DNA from: Bryobacterales bacterium
GTDB taxonomy: Bacteria > Acidobacteriota > Terriglobia > Bryobacterales > Bryobacteraceae
DNA length: 64,000 nt
Direction: 5' to 3'
NCBI GenBank assembly: GCA_963809945.1
Contig: CAWELS010000050.1
Location: 54,471-118,470 of the forward strand
Shown here: in pieces, positions 60,114-64,000 of the stretch
Layout: every line of letters starts with the position of its first letter
Position numbering within the stretch: the stretch's first letter is position 1
Position numbers and translations under genes: made by a program
Notes under the pieces: generated by a model
The model's database searches: none
Seen by the model: the letters and a program-made list of their open reading frames with translations, nothing else
Told to the model about the DNA's origin: nothing

Positions 60114-61283
60114 CTAATCCAGCCGCTTATGGAACCGCACCGCGCTGATCCCGACGATCGCCACGCCGAAGATTCCCAGCGCGACCATCTGCGGCCAGAG
60201 CGTCTCGACACCGACGCCCTTCAGAAATAGGCCGCGGACGATCTCGATGAAATAGCGCAGCGGGTTCAAGTAAGTCAGGATCTGGACCGGAACCGGCATG
60301 TTGTCAATTGGGAAGGCGAAACCGCTCAGCATGAAGGCCGGCATGAAGTACATGAACGACCCCATCATCGCCTGCTGCTGCGTGTCGGAGATCGTTGAAA
60401 TGAACAGTCCGCTGCCGAGCGTCGACACAAGGAATTCCACCGCTGTCACCCCCAGCAGCAGGACGCTCCCCCGCAGCGGCACGCGAAACACCGCCAGCGC
60501 CACGGCGGTCACCAGCGTGATCTGGACGAGCCCCACCATGGCGAACGGCAGCGTCTTGCCGAGCATCAGCTCGATCGGCCGGATCGGCGTGACCATGAGC
60601 TGCTCCATGGTGCCGATCTCCTTCTCACGGACGATCGCGAGTGCCGTCAGCATCAGCGTGACGATGGTGATGATGTTCACCAGGATGCCCGGGACGAAGT
60701 AGTTGCGGCTGCGAAGATCCTCGTTGAACCACACACGGGTGTCGGCGCCTATCGAAGGGATGGCGAGCATCCGTGGACCGTCGCGTCCGGACGACGCGAC
60801 CGCCTTCATCTGGAACTCCCGCTGCCGTTCGTCCATTTCCCGCGATGAGAACTCGGCGATCACGCCATTGGCATAGGCCGAGACGACGCTCGCTGTGTTC
60901 GAGTTGGCCCCATCCACCAGCACCTGCACCGGAGCCGTTTCCCCGCGCTCGATGTCGCGCTGGAATCCGGGCAGAACACCGACCACCAGGTTCACCTCAC
61001 CTCGATCAAGCAGATCCAGCGCGGCGGCGGGACTGTCCGGACGACGCGTGATCTCAAAGTAAGTCGAGCCTTCGAACGCCGCGGCCAGCTCCCGGCTGGC
61101 GACGCTATGGTCGCCGTCAATCCACGCCATATGCGAATGCTCGACGTCCAGATTGACCGCGTAGCCGAAGACGAGGAGCTGGATCACCGGCGGTCCGAAG
61201 AGGAAGAAGCGCATGCGGGGCTCGCGGAAGGTCTGCCGGAACTCCTTGATGACGATCTCGCGAATTCTGCGCCACATGTTCAT
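60114..61283 (-). CDS. ABC-2 type transporter permease (YbhR/YbhS-like)
   Basis: 389 aa. N-terminal TM helix, large external loop, then 5 C-terminal TM helices. IREIVIKEFRQTFREPR. Confidence 0.8.
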   Translation of the reverse strand: MNMWRRIREIVIKEFRQTFREPRMRFFLFGPPVIQLLVFGYAVNLDVEHSHMAWIDGDHSVASRELAAAFEGSTYFEITRRPDSPAAALDLLDRGEVNLVVGVLPGFQRDIERGETAPVQVLVDGANSNTASVVSAYANGVIAEFSSREMDERQREFQMKAVASSGRDGPRMLAIPSIGADTRVWFNEDLRSRNYFVPGILVNIITIVTLMLTALAIVREKEIGTMEQLMVTPIRPIELMLGKTLPFAMVGLVQITLVTAVALAVFRVPLRGSVLLLGVTAVEFLVSTLGSGLFISTISDTQQQAMMGSFMYFMPAFMLSGFAFPIDNMPVPVQILTYLNPLRYFIEIVRGLFLKGVGVETLWPQMVALGIFGVAIVGISAVRFHKRLD

Positions 61284-62418
61284 TCAGGCCACCTTCTGCC
61301 GCAAGTTCTTCGTCGTGATCAGGAAAACAATGACCGCGTAGACGATCAGGAACACGAATTGCCAGATCAAGATGCCGAACCCAACGTCCTTCAGGAAGAC
61401 GCCCTTCAGGATCGTGATGAAGTAACGCGCCGAGACAATGTAAGTGAACGCCTGGATCGGCCGCGGCATGGCCTCGATCGCGAAAACAAAGCCCGAGAGT
61501 AAGAAGGCCGGAAGGAACGAGCTGACCATCGCCGCCTGGTAGGCGATCAACTGCGACCGCGTCACAGCCGACAGCATGATGCCCCAGAACAGGGAGCCCA
61601 CCAGGAACGCAGCGCAGCCGGCGGCGAGCACCAGCGGACTGCCGCGCATCGGCACGTCGAAGACAAATACGCCGATCACCACGGCGATGATCACGTCCGC
61701 GACCCCGATCAGTGAAGTAAGCCAGCATCTTGCCGATCGCCAGTTCGGCCGGTCGCAGCGGCGTCGAGAGCACCTGTTCCATCGTGCCCATCTCCCATTC
61801 CCGGGCGATGGTGAGCGACGTGAGCAGAGAGCCGATGATCATGAGGATCACGGCGATCAGTCCGGGAACAATGTAGTTCCTCGACTTGAGTTCGCTGTTG
61901 TAGAGGACGCGAAGCTGCGGCGCCGCCGCCGGCTTGATCTGTTGTCCGGCACGCCGCTCCTGCTCGGCGATTTGAATGTCGAGCGAATGGCGGGCAATGA
62001 CGTTCTGGATGTAGCCGAGCGCAATGCCGGCGGTGTTTGAGTCGCTGCCCTCCACCAGCACCTGGACATCGGCCCGCTCGCCGGCTCCGAGTTTGTCGCC
62101 AAAGTCGTTCGGGATGACCACGCCCAAGATGATTCGGCCCTCGTCGGCGGCCTGCTCGATCGCGTGGTAGTTGTCCACGTAACCAATGATGTCGAAGAAG
62201 CGCGAACCGTCGAACCGGGCGATCAGGGAGCGGCTAGCCGGCGTCTGGTCCGAATCGTAGACGAGCGTCGGGATGCGATCGACGTCAAGCGTGATCGCGT
62301 AGCCGAACAGCAACAGCATCAGCAGCGGCATGGCGAGCGCCATCCCCAGGCTGCGCGGGTCGCGGAGGATGTGGAGGAACTCCTTGCGGGCGACGGCGAT
62401 GGTGCGGCGAGTCCTCAT
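61284..62418 (-). pseudogene. ABC-2 type transporter permease, single frameshift near 61722
   Basis: The N-terminal 240 aa lie in ORF 61117-62418 (IAVARKEFLHILRDPRS...GKMLAYF). The C-terminal TM bundle lies in ORF 61284-61694 (IIAVVIGVFVF...). Confidence 0.8.
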
Positions 62419-63164
62419 TCGGCAAGGTCCTCCCGGGCCTCGATCATGCTGACGAAGACCTCCTCCATCGACGGCTTGCCCTGCTCCCGCTTCAGCTCTT
62501 CCGGCGCGCCGAGGGCGATCACCTTGCCCTGGTGCATCAGCACCAGCCGATGGCAGTACTCGGCCTCTTCCATGTAGTGCGTGGTGACGAAGATCGTCTG
62601 GCCGCCGTCGGCGAGCTCATAGATCAGGTCCCAGAAGGCGCGGCGAGCGATGGGGTCGACGCCGGAGGTGGGCTCGTCAAGGAACAGGATCGGCGGCTCG
62701 TGCAGGATCGCACAGCCGAGCGCCAGACGCTGTTTCCAGCCGCCCGGCAGAACGCGGGTCAATGTGCTGCGCCGCTCCTCGAGGCCGGCCATGCGCAGGG
62801 CGTAGTCTCTGCGCTCGCGGCGCCGGTCGTCGGCCACGCCGTAGATGCCGCTGAAGAACTCGATGTTCTCTTCCACGGTCAGGTCGTCGTAGAGCGAGAA
62901 GCGCTGCGACATGTAGCCGATGCGCTCGCGGATGCGCTCGGCGTCGGTCGCCACGTCGAGTCCGCCGACGAGCGCCTTGCCGGACGTCGGCCGTAGCAGC
63001 CCGCACAGGATGCGGATCGTGGTCGATTTGCCGGCGCCGTTCGGTCCGAGAAAGCCGAAGATCTCGCCGCGGCCGACTTCACACGAGACATGATCGACGG
63101 CCACGAAATCGCCGAACTTCTTGACGAGGTTGTCGAGGACCACGGCCGTTTCGCCTTTCTTCAT
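62415..63164 (-). CDS. ABC transporter ATP-binding protein
   Basis: Walker A GPNGAGKST, signature LPGGWKQR, Walker B ILFLDEPTSG. The ATG overlaps the upstream ATPase stop as ATGA. Confidence 0.9.
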   Translation of the reverse strand: MKKGETAVVLDNLVKKFGDFVAVDHVSCEVGRGEIFGFLGPNGAGKSTTIRILCGLLRPTSGKALVGGLDVATDAERIRERIGYMSQRFSLYDDLTVEENIEFFSGIYGVADDRRRERRDYALRMAGLEERRSTLTRVLPGGWKQRLALGCAILHEPPILFLDEPTSGVDPIARRAFWDLIYELADGGQTIFVTTHYMEEAEYCHRLVLMHQGKVIALGAPEELKREQGKPSMEEVFVSMIEAREDLAE

Positions 63165-63943
63165 GCGGCTTCCTCGGACTGTTCCACCAAGGCGATGAAG
63201 ACATCCTGGAGCGTGGGGTTCTCCGGGCTCACCTTGGTGCCGGAGCCGACGCGCCGGACGGAGTAGCCGCGGTCGCGGAACTCCTGCTTCAGCTCGGCCG
63301 GCGGGGCGCATCGGATCAGGCGGCCCTGGTACATGAGCCCGACGCGGTCGCAGCGCTCGGCTTCATCGAGGTAGGCGGTGGTGACGAAGACGGTGATGCC
63401 GTCGGAGACCAACTGGTTGAGGATCACCCAGAAGTCGCGGCGCGAGACCGGGTCGACGCCATTGGTCGGCTCGTCTAGCAGCAGGACTTGCGGGCGGTGC
63501 AGCAGCGTGCACATGAGCGCCAGCTTCTGTTTCATGCCGCCGGAGAGGGCGCCGGCGCGGCGCTTGCGGAAGCGCCCCATGCGGGTCATCTCGAGCAGGC
63601 GCGGGAGGTCGCGCTCGCGGTCGGCCTTCCTGATGCCGAACAGGTCGGAGTAGAAGTCCATATTCTCGTCGACGGTGAGGTCGGCATAGAGGCCGAAGCG
63701 CTGGGCCATGTAGCCGATGGCGTCCTTGACCTGATCGGGCTTGCGGCCGACATCGTGGCCGGCGATCGTGATCTGACCCTCGGTCGGATCGACGAGCGTC
63801 GAGAGCATGCGGAGCGTGGTCGTCTTCCCCGCCCCGTCAGGCCCGACGAGTCCGAAGACTTCGCCCTTCGGGATGTCGAGGTCGAGGTGGTCGACGGCGG
63901 TGAGGTCTCCGAACTTCTTGGTAACTCCGGCGATGTGTATCAT
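63161..63943 (-). CDS. ABC transporter ATP-binding protein
   Basis: Walker A GPDGAGKTT, signature LSGGMKQK, Walker B LLLLDEPTNG. Confidence 0.9.
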   Translation of the reverse strand: MIHIAGVTKKFGDLTAVDHLDLDIPKGEVFGLVGPDGAGKTTTLRMLSTLVDPTEGQITIAGHDVGRKPDQVKDAIGYMAQRFGLYADLTVDENMDFYSDLFGIRKADRERDLPRLLEMTRMGRFRKRRAGALSGGMKQKLALMCTLLHRPQVLLLDEPTNGVDPVSRRDFWVILNQLVSDGITVFVTTAYLDEAERCDRVGLMYQGRLIRCAPPAELKQEFRDRGYSVRRVGSGTKVSPENPTLQDVFIALVEQSEEAA

Positions 63944-64000
63944 CGGTGTACTTTATGCCGCTCTCAAAGGCTTGTGGCGTGCGCACTCACACGAGTGTGA

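Noticed and set aside
1-64000. CRISPR arrays, tRNA/rRNA genes, IS elements, integrases and prophage or defence islands
   Set aside because: I saw no regularly spaced direct repeats, cloverleaf-like or rRNA-like sequences, or transposase, integrase, capsid or known defence-protein motifs in any frame. The only repeats are the short intergenic families reported above.

Overview
High-GC bacterial chromosomal window. I saw no rRNA, tRNA, CRISPR, transposase, integrase or phage genes. The gene content points to Acidobacteriota of the Solibacter/Bryobacter type, by inference only: a CarboxypepD_reg-type TonB-dependent receptor, DUF1080/FG-GAP secreted proteins, a kinase-coupled ECF sigma factor and many glycoside hydrolases. 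There are about 50 protein genes. In order: a mazF/chpB relic plus vapBC; a TolC-MFP-RND efflux operon; a Rieske / fused cytochrome b6-subunit IV / nine-haem cytochrome c operon; a DUF2339-like membrane protein; an ECF sigma, a Ser/Thr kinase with two RDD-like modules, an AT3 acyltransferase with an ankyrin insert and an unassigned 402-aa protein; Ppx/GppA; an alkaline-phosphatase-superfamily phosphodiesterase; an M19 dipeptidase; an S41 Ctp homologue whose Ser/Lys dyad appears replaced; xseB-ispA-tlyA-nadK; cyclase plus FAH; CE15 esterase plus GH30; a class III aminotransferase; YraN; two tandem paralogous PQQ dehydrogenases with an internal cytochrome c domain, followed by a 1257-aa TonB-dependent receptor; Ku, GH2 and LigD; an M20 amidohydrolase; a DUF433/DUF5615 pair; and a two-ATPase/two-permease ABC-2 exporter. 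Two peculiarities run across the window. (i) Fourteen genes are interrupted by single-base frameshifts that cluster in patches while long neighbouring genes are intact; I cannot tell assembly indels from real decay. (ii) Intergenic regions carry at least five families of short dispersed, partly palindromic repeats arranged as mosaics. I found no clear-cut new defence or mobile system. The best novelty candidates are the sigma/kinase/ankyrin-acyltransferase cluster, the dyad-less S41 homologue, the cytochrome-c-inserted PQQ dehydrogenase tandem and the repeat mosaics. All product calls come from by-eye motif recognition, not database searches.
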